From: Octopus vulgaris
Taxonomy: Eukaryota
Direction of reading: 5' to 3'
Length of the DNA stretch: 64,000 nt
Assembly: GCA_951406725.2 (NCBI GenBank)
Contig: OX597825.1
Location: 75,516,001 to 75,580,000, forward strand
Each line of letters starts with the position of its first letter. Position 1 is the first letter of the stretch. Position numbers and translations under genes: made by a program. Below the pieces are notes generated by a model that saw only the letters and a program-made list of their open reading frames with translations, was not told the DNA's origin and did no database searches. Shown in pieces: positions 1 to 11,893 of this stretch.

Positions 1-143
1 AAAAGAAATCTAAAGATTAAAAAAATGTTTCAAAAATGATTCTTTTTGTTTTAATTTATTTTTTAATTAATTCATCATCATCGTCATTATCATCACCACC
101 ACACCACCACCAACAACAACAACACCACCATCATTATTATTAT

Positions 144-360
144 TAAGGCATTGAGTTGGCAAGATCGTTAGCACACTGGCTGAAAAGCTTGGCAGTATTT
201 CACCTGTTTTCATGTTCTGAGTACAAGTTCCACCGATGTTGACTTCACCTTTCATCCTTTCAGGGTTGATATATTCAGTACCAGTTGAGTACTGGGGGTC
301 AATATAACTGACTAGCCCCCTCCCCCAAATTTCAAACCTTGTACCTATAACAGAAAGGAT
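144..360 (+). mobile_element. tRNA-derived SINE (family A, CCTTTCATCCTTT..GGGTYGAT central domain)
   Basis: Decayed A/B boxes (TGGCAAGATCGTT; GTACAAGTTCC); central domain shared with 411-610, 28226-28345, 29363-29910 and 46343-46470; flanked by ATT/CAT triplet repeats. Confidence 0.7.
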
Positions 361-410
361 CATTGTCATCATCATGATCGTTGTTGTTGTTGCTATTATT
401 ATTATTATTA

Positions 411-610
411 AATTGAGAGTGGAGAGAACTACTAGCATTCCAGAAAAAATGCTTAGTGGTACTTCATCTGTCTTCAGGTTTGTAGTTCAAATTCCCCTGA
501 AGTTAGCTTTGCCTTTATTCTTTTGGGGTTCAATGACCACTGAGCTCTGGGTTTGATGTAACCAACTCCCTCCCCCAAATTTCAGGCCTTGTGCTTACAG
601 TAGAATACAT
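411..610 (+). mobile_element. Second, more diverged family A SINE copy
   Basis: Colinear similarity to 144-360 (GTTCAAATTCC B box; CCCCCAAATTTCAGGCCTTGTG 3' part). Confidence 0.6.
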
Positions 611-668
611 TATTACTATTTGGTTTCCAATTTTGGCACAAAGCCAGCAATTTAGGAGAGAGGCTAGT

Positions 669-1640
669 CGAAGCCTTCAATTGACTTTGCTAAAGCCTTC
701 AATTCTGTGCCACACAAACTACTCAGGACCAAACTCTCTGCAATGGGTATAAAAGATGATCTCTATTACTGGTTAAAGTCCTTAATTCTTGGATGGAAAG
801 AAGTAGTCACTGTTGTAGGACATCATTCTTCACCTTATGAAATGACATCAGATGACTGGCTTCTGTGCTGGTGGCATGTAAAAAGCACCAACCGATCGTG
901 GCTGTTGCCAGCCTCCCCTGGCCCCTGTGCCAGTGGAATGTAAAAAGCACCCACTACACTCACAGAGTGGTTGACATCAGGAAGGGCATCAAGCTGTAGA
1001 AACACTGCCAGATCAGAATGGAGCCTGGTGCAGCCTCCTGGCTTCCCAGACCCCAGTCAAACCGTCCAACCCATGCTAGCATGGAAAACGGACGTTAAAT
1101 GATGATGATGATGATGATGAGATCCTATAAACTATAGATCCTTCTTGTAATTAGACTTGGATGCAATGCAATGATGGATTACCAACAAGCAACAAGTTCA
1201 CTGAGGGCGAGTGTTTCACCATGCATTCTGGGGAAAAAACTCAGCTTTTACATACTCCCTCAACAAGACCAATCTTAAGAAGTCTGTTAATGAATGCGAC
1301 CCAGGTATTACCATCAACAGCAATTTGTGTCGGACAAACCACATCTCTGAGATTGTCAAGAAACCTGAAAGTGTCTTAGCATTATTCAGTAAGATCTTTG
1401 TCAGCTGCTCTCTAGCAATCTATCTAAAGATGTACATGACTCTGGTATGACCACATTTAGAGTTTGCATCACCAACCTGGAACCCCTAACTTTCTTGTCA
1501 TATCAATCTCCTGGAAAATGTTCAGAAATGTGCAAACAGATAAATTCCTACCACCAGGATTCTATCACTCTCTGAACGTCTTGCTTCCCGAGGCATGGAC
1601 ACTTTAAAGCTCCAACTGACCTGGTAGACATCCATAAGAT
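669..1640 (+). mobile_element. Degenerate CR1-like LINE RT fragment, interrupted by an RTE 3' tail
   Basis: IDFAKAFNSVPHKLLRTKL (RT motif); downstream pieces resemble the RPHLEFA..WNP...LENVQ region; stops and frameshifts. Confidence 0.7.
853..1120 (+). mobile_element. RTE-LINE 3' UTR/tail fragment ending in (GAT)n
   Basis: Matches the 3' ends of the RTE copies at 31001 and 58981 (..CCAACCCATGCTAGCATGGAAA..GACGTTAAATGATGATG). Confidence 0.75.
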
Positions 1641-1729
1641 CATTCTAATGCAGGAGCCAGTCCTGATTTGATTAGACTTGATGCTCCAAAATACTAGCAG
1701 GTACAAATGGTCTTAATAGCCACTAAACC

Positions 1730-1888
1730 TTTTTCTATTTTCTCTCCCTGTTTATTTCTGTGTTCCTTTCTGTCGAAGAGCATAGGCTGGAAATGTAAAA
1801 GACTGTCTCACTTCCCGAGCATTAAACCAATACATCTGTTTGTTGTTTACACACCAGTCTTCATCATTTGTTTTTTTGTAAATTCTCT

Positions 1889-1890
<2 letters not shown>
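1730..1890 (+). repeat. Short dispersed repeat with degenerate hammerhead-like motif (probable PLE terminus)
   Basis: Same sequence at ~34610-34780 and ~49030-49183, each running directly into (TA)n; motif cttt-CTGTCGA-a-gagc..gctg-GAAA-t-GTA-aaag at 1766-1801. Confidence 0.55.
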
Positions 1891-1932
<42 letters not shown>

Positions 1933-2136
1933 AAATGGATAAATGAATTATCTTGTTAAGGATTATTCAAAATTTAACTGATCCCGGGTAGCAAAAATCA
2001 CAACAGAAAAAACACGGTTGAAGTTAAGACCTTGGGGTGTCTCAACCGTGCCTTAGCGCGGATAATTGAAGTTCAATATATTTAGTGAAGGGAAGAAATG
2101 GAGCTGAACGAAGATTCTACATAATTCCTTTTATTA

Positions 2137-2219
2137 TTTTCTACACATGTTTCAAAGGCCGCAAAATTCCAAATTCGGATTGAATAAGGAGACCATTTGC
2201 AGCATTCTCTTCAGGAAAA
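2137..2219 (-). ncRNA. Type I hammerhead ribozyme motif (left arm)
   Basis: Reverse complement of the 2489-2572 motif. Confidence 0.65.
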
Positions 2220-2488
2220 ACCAGGAATTTAAAAATCTAAAACAAAATCCAAAACAAATGCGCAGCAAGGTAGAACAAAGCGCTCCCTAGGAGCCCATGA
2301 AAGCACAAAACTGTCTCTCACTGTACGTTGACGTCTTGGGGGTGGTGGTGGAGGCCGACGTAAATGTCCGCAGACGTCAACGTACAGTGAGAGACAGTTT
2401 TGTGCTTTCATGGGCTCCTAGGGAGCGCTTTGTTCTACCTTGCTGCGCATTTGTTTTGGATTTTGTTTTAGATTTTTAAATTCCTGGT

Positions 2489-2572
2489 TTTTCCTGAAGA
2501 GAATGCTGCAAATGGTCTCCTTATTCAATCCGAATTTGGAATTTTGCGTGCCTTTGAAACATGTGTAGAAAA
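2489..2572 (+). ncRNA. Type I hammerhead ribozyme motif (right arm)
   Basis: UUUUC-CUGAAGA-[55-nt stem II]-GAAA-C-AUGU-GUA-GAAAA: 5-bp stem I, canonical core, GUA cleavage triplet. Confidence 0.7.
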
Positions 2573-2623
2573 TAATAAAAGGAATTATGTAGAATCTTCG
2601 TTCAGCTCCATTTCTTCCTTCAC

Positions 2624-2671
<48 letters not shown>

Positions 2672-2673
<2 letters not shown>

Positions 2674-3533
2674 GTATATATACATACATATATGTACATA
2701 CCTACATATATATATATGTATATATACATGCATATATGAGTACAGGACATCAAAAGAACGTTGAACACAATGAGAAACGAAAACATAAAAACAAAAACAT
2801 AGAAGCAAACCTTTTTTCAAACAATGAAAAAAAACAGAGAAACGAGACATGCAACATAAAGAATATTCCCCTTCTTCAGTTGTCCCTGTTTCATCTACTC
2901 CGCATTTCAAAGGTAAGGACAAGACGTGACTTCATTGAAACAGTCCTTCCCGCAAAGCAAATGAATTAAAATTTAGGATTTTTTGCAGAGGGTGACAGTG
3001 GTAACAAGAACAGGAAAATGAGAACAAAACAGTAAAAACAATAAAAAAGTAAAAACACTAAAAGACAGAACAGTGAGAACAAAACAGTAAAAACAAACAA
3101 TGAGGGTTGTTAAGCCAAGACGATGGAAAAATTATTCTGAACGCTTAAAGAGATGAGCTTATGAAGAGACAAGTTAAGTCCGTTTAGTCTTTGTGAAGGT
3201 AGTAGTCGGAAAGATGGTTTCCCTCTCATCACGTGTCAGCAATGAGAGAGTCGAGGAGGAGGAGTGAGAGAGAGAGAGAACGGTGAAGGGGAGAGGAGAA
3301 GAATAGGGAGAGAAAGCCAGACAGGATGAAGAACAAGAGAGGGAGAGAGATAGACAGAGAAGAGATAGTAAAGAAGAAGAGTGTGCATCGTAATTATTAA
3401 GATAAAACTTACTTGGAAAAGGATGCATGGTGTTTGATCATTTAATGATATAAATAATATATAAATATATGCATATATACAAACATATATGTACATACCT
3501 ACATAGATATGTATATATACATGCATATATGGG
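2672..3533. repeat. Non-coding dispersed repeat (~800-bp unit with terminal direct duplication)
   Basis: 2672-2740 is repeated at ~3470-3533; related copy at 55314-55585. Confidence 0.6.
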
Positions 3534-5138
3534 TTCTATGTTCCAGCTGTATATATGACTGTTACTCTGTCAAAGGTTTTGTATATATATATATATATAT
3601 ATACATATATATATAAATCATTAGGTAAATATATTCAGTAAGAATATTATATACTGAATTTATATTAAGTGCTCCATTGTATAAATAATATTAATACTAT
3701 TAAAGTATTTATATATTTAATATGAGCGATATATACATATATTTTTATTAATTATATATTATTATTAATGATATAAGGAAGTCGATATCGAATTTATTAC
3801 AAAGATATACTCATATGAAAGACTTTATGTATTAAATATATATAAATAAATAAATATCAAAAATATAAATATGATGTATGAAATAAATTTAAAAGTTTAA
3901 AAGTTTAAAAGTTTTGAATTAAGTTCTTAGGCATCTTTTCGCAAAAAGGGTTGTCCCTATAATGAAGTCCTCTATTGATAAGCACTTACAGACAACCCTT
4001 CTGCTCTTCAGAGATATAAAATATGAATATTGAATAATGTATCGAATGGTATTTAAAAAAAATTTGAATTAAAATTGTAAAGTGGTGTTTGTTGTAAATT
4101 GAAGAAGCTTATCATGTGAGCATGTTTGTCTGTTTGAGTGTTTGTGTGAATGTTTGTGTATACTTCATTTTGCTTTTAGCTTACCTTTTTGTTTAGAGTT
4201 AAAGTATTACAATTATGAAGGAAGGAACGATAAAAATGAAAATTATTCTATGATTTAAAAAATTTTTTCACTTTATGAAAGAATAACAGAAAAGTTTTCC
4301 ACCATATACAGAGACATTCCTGGATTATTACTTCATTATTATAGTCTCTATTAAAAGTATATATATATATGTATGTATTGCTTATTGCAGATGCGAGATG
4401 ACCAGAAATAAGAATATAAGTAGTGGTAACATGTCAACTCCTAAACTCAGCACTGAAAATAATAGCTGTTTGCACCCTGCAAAATACCAGCTCAATTCAG
4501 AGAAGTAAACGGAGTCAAGAATTAGATTGTGTAGTGCAACTCTCTGAAGATCTATATGTAAATGCAAATACAAGAATCCAAGATAGTGAGGGATATTGGC
4601 AGTTATAGATGAAAACCTTTCCTCAGCCTGTTTATAATCCTGAAATCATATATACATGCAGACAAAATTTTCAATGTCGAGCAATTTTGGGTTTTTTCTT
4701 CTATACTTTGGACATTTTCGTTTTTTAAGTTAGCCATGTCATCACCATGAAAATCTGAAAAAATATACTATGTTATCTTGTTTTACTTGTTTCAGTCATT
4801 AGCTTGGCCATACTGGAACACTTGATGAGAATAATTTTTGAATAATATATTGAATAATTCCTCATTATTTTTAACTTGAAAAGAAATCTAAAAATTTTTT
4901 TAAATGTTTGAATTTATTTTTTACAAATTCATCATCATCATCATCACCCCCATTACCACTACCAAACCCACCACCATCACCACCGTGCCTTGGCTCGAGG
5001 TGCTGCTTGATTGCTAGGGCTCAGCCATTCTCTCCTCTGCTTTATTCTGACTCAAAGACACCATTTTACATCACCAGTGATGATGTGGTAAAGAGGTCTC
5101 TCTTTGTGTCCACAAGTAGCTCAATATTAAGCAAGGAA

Positions 5139-5560
5139 ACTGGAAATGATAGAGGAGTGTTGGTGTTTGTCTCTTTCATTTCAAGTATGTGGCACTCATG
5201 AACCAAAATTTTGGGGCATTTTTCATCAAGGGAAGGTGATGGATGATCAAATCAGGAGAGCATTCCATCTACTGGGCAACTTCCCAAATGGATGGGCATG
5301 GATCCTTACAGATGAGCTTGTTCAATCAGTCATCATTCAACTGAACAGGTTGGCCACAATATGGAGCGTCTGTGAGGTTCCCCTCCCACTGCAACTTGAA
5401 GTGTGAAAATCATTTCTGTGCAGTTTTATCAGTAATAGCACTTTCTCCATATGAGTGGCTTTAGCTGCTTTGGAATTTTAAATGAAAATTTAGAGAAGCA
5501 GGGTCAAAAATGCTCAACTTTTTCTCTACTTGGTGCTCCATCATCATAAGTCAGAAAAGA
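5139..5560 (-). mobile_element. Mariner transposase N-terminal remnant
   Basis: Minus-strand translation YGESAITDKTAQK*FSHFK..LTDAPYCGQP (mariner HTH region), with stops. Confidence 0.6.
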
Positions 5561-6425
5561 AGTGAAGTTTATTCAAATTTCAAAAACGATGAACATAAGA
5601 AGAATAGAGCCACAAAACACTGACAAACACTGCAATAAAGATACTTTTTGTGTTAATTCAAATAACATTGGGAAGAAAGAGATGAATTTATCTGACAACC
5701 CAATGTGTATATATGTATATGCACAAACACACACATATATGCATGTATACATTATTTCTTTTAGCAGTAGAAAAGGTACACATGTGTGTTTGTGTGTGTG
5801 CTTTTGTGTATGTGTGCATGTGTTTATGTGCATGTGTGCTAAGTAGCTGAGTATGAGTGAGTATATGAGTGTTTTAGTGTGAGTGTGGGTTAGTGTATAA
5901 TTGTTTATGTTTGAAAGTCATTGTTTGAGTGTGAGAATGTGCATGTGAGATATTGTTTTTGGTGTATGTATGCATGTGTTCATATATTTCTATCTATTTA
6001 TATGTGTGTACAATCTGACAGTTCATCTCTAGAACAATTTATAAACAACATCCTACTTTCCTTTTTCCGTTTTGTGCTCTAAGCCTTTTGTATTAGACAT
6101 AATATGACAAATTCATAAGTAGCTGACTGTTGAATCAAGTGTTGCCTCACCTCAACTAACAAAATTTTGTTCTCACTCAATTGCAAACATTCACAATTAA
6201 ATACAACTGCTTGATTTTCCCTCTCTGTTTGTTTCTCTCTTAGTTTCAAAATTATTTCTTCTTTTCAGAAAATTTTTTATCATTATATTCTTTATCGTAT
6301 TTTCAATTGATATCTACCTGCATATATTGCATATAAGTTATAACCAACAACTATATGAATTATAACTGCTCTAAAGTATTTTAGAGTGTGCTTCTTTCTG
6401 AATTTATGATCTACTCACTAATTAT

Positions 6426-6456
<31 letters not shown>

Positions 6457-7194
6457 TACATACATAGTTTATTAATTTATTCAAAGCTGAGAGAGAAAGA
6501 GACAGAAGGAGAACCATATGTATATATATGTATATATATCTTAACAAGTACAGATTTACAAGATATATATAAAAAAGAGGGGAACAAGGAAGCAAGGGAC
6601 AAATTGTTGGAGACAGAAATGTAAGTCATTGATCAACTTTTCTCAAATCATTTTCACTATTTATTTCTGTGTGTTTCTCCTTTCTTTATAATTTTGTAAA
6701 TGCAGGTTTGGCCACTCAGAGTTCTAATGCCAAAGCAATTTTGCATTTTGTTATGTATTTACCATGTACACACACACACACACACACACAGAGGCTTGCA
6801 AGGAATAAGTCCTGGGGTTGATTTCTTTGATTTACATACATATATAGAACTAGATACTAATAGATTTAATTTTAGAAATTTCAGTTAGATTATTTATTTA
6901 TGATTAAGCTTGCTCTCAAAAAGCGTTTTTTGGGAAAGCGTTAGCAATAATAAGAAATTTAGTTGCTATTTTATTGCTATTTATGCTAATTTCTTGTTTT
7001 GGTTTCCATTTCTAATTTATGTTTATATATTGATAAACTCTATGTTTATTTATTTATTTACCTATTTGTTAAGAGCAATAGTTCATAACATTGTTATTGA
7101 TATAGGTAGAAAAAACCAGTAAATTCTTCAGATATTTGATACCCCTTAGATGGTTATTTAATACCTAGCTATATATATATATATATATATCATT

Positions 7195-8185
7195 GCCAAT
7201 TCTTTACAGAGGAAGGCCATCTCGTCAATTACTAAATACTGTCATGAGATATCTTATATGACTAGCAAGTCCTGCTCACAAACTCTACTGCAGATCTTAC
7301 AAATATTATTGTAGTGAAGCCCTGTCTATGAAGTGCTCATTTCAAGATAGACTTTTCAATTCTTCTAGCTTCAAATGCTTTACATTTATTGAAGATCATT
7401 TGTTTCCAAACTGATCAATCTTGTGTCATCTGCTCCCAGTCTTCAACTTTCACATTAAGAGCCTTAAGGCTGCTTTTGACAGCATCCCAAAAATGTTTCT
7501 TAGGTTTATGTCTCAGACGTTTTCCACGCTGCAACTCCGTGTAAAACAACTGCTTTGGCAACCTGTCATCCTGCATCCTAGCAAGGTGCCCAACCCAAAG
7601 CATCTGATTGTGTATGAGGATCATTTCAATACAGGATGCGTTAGCTTGCTGAAGAATAAAAGTATCTGGTGTTTAATACTTCCATTTGATGTCTAGTATC
7701 CTCCTTAGGTAAATCTCATGAAATCTTTCTAAAGCCTTGATGTGGCACCGATATGTTGTCCAGGTCTCAGAAGAGTACAGGAGGACTGTTAAAATACAAA
7801 ACTCATAGATATTAAGCTCGGTTTTGAAGGTGATACCTCTATCAGACCACACGATTTCCAAGCCTTACAAATGCTTTGCTGGCTTTTTCAATTCTCAGGT
7901 TTATTTTAGAATCAAGGGATCCATATCTAGAGACAGTGCTGCCAAGGTAGATGAATAAGTGAACGACATCTAATCTTATACCCTGTATGAAGATGTTAGA
8001 TTCCACATAGAGTTAGCCTGGTGGCTGAGAGAACATGACGTTTGTTTTCTTTAGACTGATGGTAAGTCCAAAAGCAATACAAGCCCTAGAGAAGAGACCC
8101 AATATAGCCTGCATGTCCTCCTCAGTGTGAGCAATGAGAACTACATCATCAGCATAAAGGAGCTCTCAAAGAAGGGCCTGGAATA
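7195..8185 (-). mobile_element. 5'-truncated RTE-clade LINE (RT C-terminus, C2H2 finger, 3' UTR)
   Basis: ELLYADD, LLYSSETWT, WVGHLARMQDDRLPKQLFY and a terminal CxxC...GLASHIR finger; frameshifted. Confidence 0.85.
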
Positions 8186-8275
8186 TCTTGACTTTGTATT
8201 AAAGCGTTTAACATCAAATGCTTTAATATGTATGTATATGTATATATGTATGTATGTATGTATGTATATATATAC

Positions 8276-8331
<56 letters not shown>

Positions 8332-8333
<2 letters not shown>

Positions 8334-8610
8334 CATCATCATCGTCTGCTTTCCATGCTAGCATGGGTTGGACGATTTTGACTGAGGGCTGGCGAACCAG
8401 ATGGCTGCACCAGGCTCCAATCTTGATTTGGCAGAGTTTCTACAGCTGGATGTGCTTCCTAAGGCCAACCACTCTGAGAGTGTAGTGGGTGCTTTTTACA
8501 TATCACCAGCATGGGGGCCAGTCAGGCGGTACTACCAACGACCTCGCTCAAATATTTTTACACACAGGTGCCAGTAAGGTGACCTTTTACGTGCCACCGG
8601 CACGGAAGCC
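8332..8610 (-). mobile_element. RTE-LINE 3' tail fragment
   Basis: CATCATCATCGT..CTTTCCATGCTAGCATGGGTTGGACG, shared with the other RTE tails. Confidence 0.75.
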
Positions 8611-8653
8611 AATTGGCTGTTCTAGTAATACATATATATATATATATATATAT

Positions 8654-8786
8654 AGGAGTGGCTGTGTGGTAAGTAGCTTGCTAACCAGCCACATGGTTCC
8701 GGGTTCAATCCCACTGTGTGACATCTTGGCTGACCAATGCCTTGTGAGTGGATTTGGTAGACGGAAACTGAAAGAAGCCTGTCGTA

Positions 8787-8841
<55 letters not shown>

Positions 8842-9040
8842 TTGTGTGTCTGTGTTTGTTCCCCTAGCATTGCTTGACAACCGTCACGTAGCGGTTCGGC
8901 AAAAAGAGACCGATAGAATAAGTACTGGGCTTACAAAAAAAAAAAGAATAAGTCCCGGGGTCGAGTTGCTCAACTAAAGGCGGTGCTCCAGCATGGCCAC
9001 AGTCAAATGACTGAAACAAGTAAAAGAGTAAAAGAGTAAA
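8654..9040 (+). mobile_element. tRNA-head CORE-like SINE (family B) with internal (TA)n(TG)n
   Basis: TGGCTGTGTGG A box, GGTTCAATCCC B box, (AAAGAGT)n tail; near-identical copies at 23967 and 47846. Confidence 0.85.
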
Positions 9041-9691
9041 AGAATATATATATATATATTTATTACACACATGTGAGTGAGAACACTTTGAGATATTTTT
9101 GGTATCTAACATATGTCAGATACTGCGAGTGCTGCTTCTGATTGGTCAATCCATGGTGATGACCCGAGGTCACGGTGATGGCACTACTTTTGTCATTCAT
9201 AAGTTACAACTAAACTTCATTCATTACTTTCACGAGCAGGTAGAATGTAGCCATGTAATTAAACAAACATACTATCTTTTTTATACCAGATATCACTTAA
9301 AGTCATATACACATAAAATATAAACATTTCTGGTGGTAATTCAATATTTTGTTGCCAAAAAAATCACAACATATTTCATCTGCTCGTCGATACTCTTGCA
9401 GTGCAGGTAGATCTATCAACAAGATGGCTACTGTTGTCGATATCAAGGTGAATGATTTTGTTAATATTGATGGTAAAGATGGGGGAAGAGTGTTATCCGT
9501 TGTTCAACCTCTTGGAACATACAGCACTATAAAGTCGAACTATCTTCCTGCGGCATGACATCTTTTACAGTTACACATTGTCACGTCACTGATGTGAAAT
9601 CAAGCTGTATTCATGCGCGCTTCAACACGATGTGAAGAATTTAGTTATTGGGTTAATAAAATATGGTCGTTTATTCGTGTGTAATAAATAA

Positions 9692-9835
9692 AATACCAAA
9701 CTCATTCCCTATGGATACTGTATTTATTACAACTCGTGGCTTGTAAACGTATCTAACTCGCTTTCGCTCATTAGATACGTTTACAAGCCACTTGTTGTAA
9801 TAAATACGGTATCCATACGGAACTCGTTTGGTATT
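9692..9835. repeat. ~140-bp hairpin (~65-bp arms, CTCGCTTTCGCTCA loop); probable transposon terminus
   Basis: ATGGATACTGTATTTATTACAAC..GGCTTGTAAACGTATCTAA / TTAGATACGTTTACAAGCC..GTTGTAATAAATACGGTATCCAT. Confidence 0.8.
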
Positions 9836-9899
9836 CTCTATATATACAGGTGAGGTTCAAACTCCTATGATCAGCTTTCACTAATTTCTTCTATATTTT

Positions 9900-11110
9900 T
9901 CTGGATAATTCTTTTCTGATGGAACCATTTAGAGATCAGCACACACTACTTCATCCAATTGTCCAGATCCCTATACATTCTTGGTATATGCCACTGCAAT
10001 CTTCTCTCTTGTAGACTAAATCTGATTCCTCTTATGCCCAATTTTTCTGCCAATACATTTGTACTTTATCATTCATGCACACTTACATTGCAAACCAGAA
10101 GGATCATCTACAAAGCCAAAGTACTAGCGAACCCTGGCAGTACCGAGCTCGATTTTTGTAGTGGACGGATAGCATATGGGCCAAGTCTTGGAAGGATTTT
10201 AAAACTGATACCAACATCATTTGTGCAATATTGATGGAATATTTTCCACATAACACAAATGATGTAGCGCTCTCGGCAGCATTGTAGAGAGTAGAGACTG
10301 AGTTTTTTTGTCGACCCCAATAATCAATGCCTCTCATACTGTCTATCATTCTTGTTATTGACCTCTGGAGTGCTTCTATTTTCATAATGAGTTGCTTCGT
10401 ATGGGGGGACCACAGGGGACAACAGTATTCAAGGTGGGGGTCAAGCAAAAGGAGAGTAGAGAAGGATGATGGTATAGGCATCTCTAGACTGGAAAGTTCT
10501 GAGAATCCTGGAGCACATCTTGCAGGCCAAGTCAACCTTCATATTTATGTGGGAACTCCAGCTTAGGTTGTTATCAACAATTACTCCAAGGTCTCTGGTG
10601 TTGTTGGATGACACTAGAGAGTCACCTGAGTGAAGAGCATATGGTAATTTCAGAGTCTCCTCTTTTCTAAATTGGATCAAATCAAACTTATCTTCATTTA
10701 GAAGCATATTGTTTTTTTCTGCCCATTGGACAATAGCAAACAGATCTGACTGAAGTCATGCTTGGTCTCCTATGCTGCTTATGGCTTTCTGGAGTTTGGA
10801 ATCATCTGCAAAGATTTTCAATGTAGAATGTTTGATGACGTCTACTATGTCGTTGATGTAAATAATGAAGAGGAGTGGGCCCAACACAGTACCTTGTGGG
10901 ATACCACTATTGACTTTAGCTAAGCTGGATCCTATTCTCTCAAACACAACATGTTGGCTTCTATTCATCAAGAAACACTTTATCCATTCCAACAGCTTTC
11001 TACGGACTCCAGTGTTGGACAGTTTCTTCAGCATGATTTCGTGGTCCACTCCGTCAAATGCCTTACTGACATCAAGGTATATGACGTCAGTGTTCTCCCA
11101 ATGCTTTTAA
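9900..11110 (-). mobile_element. Degenerate CR1-like LINE RT region and 3' end
   Basis: SGIPQGTVLGPLLFIIYINDI, KIFADDSKL, RDLGVIVDNNLSW, HLEYCCPLWSP across frameshifted ORFs. Confidence 0.9.
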
Positions 11111-11377
11111 GATGTCGTCAAAATGGTGCATGTATACATGTTTATATTCATGTAGGCACATATTTATGCATGTATTTACATGTATGCAGATGTTGCTTAT
11201 GTCTGTGCCTGCGTACTTATACATACATACTCATATACACAAATGTAGATGTAGATATGTATACACACACATACATACATATATACATACACACCCACAT
11301 ATACATACATACATATATATGCATACACGTACACATACATACATGTACACACACACACACACATGCATGTATATATA

Positions 11378-11893
11378 GTTTTGAATGGAAAGAAGTTGCT
11401 CTTTCACTGGAGTGTATTTTATCTAAGTGTACACCAGTTTAGCTCTATATTGATTAATATACTTGGAATTCCTTAATCTGTGTTAGTATTAGTGTTAACA
11501 TTGACTATTGTATAAATACATTGATTTTTTTTTTGTGTTCAAACTCTCCATTTTCCTTATTTTATGTTATTAAGATTCTATTCTCCTATGTTGAATGGAT
11601 GAAGACATCTATAACGACTCCTGGAACTTCATAAATATTAACAATAATACTAACACAGATTAATGAATTCCAAGTGCATTTATCAATATGGAGCTAAACC
11701 GGTGTATACTTGGACAAAATACATCCCCGTGAAAGAGCAACCACTTTCCATTTGAAACTTCATAATGACTCGTTATATACACACAGCTTAAATAAGCGAT
11801 ACCACTAGTAAAATGGAGAGAATTGACACAGACATATCAATAAAAGACATTCCTATACCACCCAAAAAGGAATACATGAAGCTTACCTTTTAA
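11378..11893. repeat. Old inverted PLE terminal repeat (arms ~11378-11502 / 11634-11759); right arm continues into a short ORF start
   Basis: Diverged reverse-complement arms; ATG at 11813 gives MERIDTDISIKDIPIPPKKEYMKL, resembling the S.K.IP.P N-terminus of some PLE ORFs. Confidence 0.6.

Larger units (their letters stand above)
1931..2632. repeat. Near-perfect ~260-bp inverted repeat (arms 2076-2336 / 2372-2632) plus one-sided tail 1931-2075; inverted PLE terminal repeat
   Basis: Arms are reverse complements with only a few differences; (TA)n on both sides; each arm carries an HHR motif. Confidence 0.9.
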
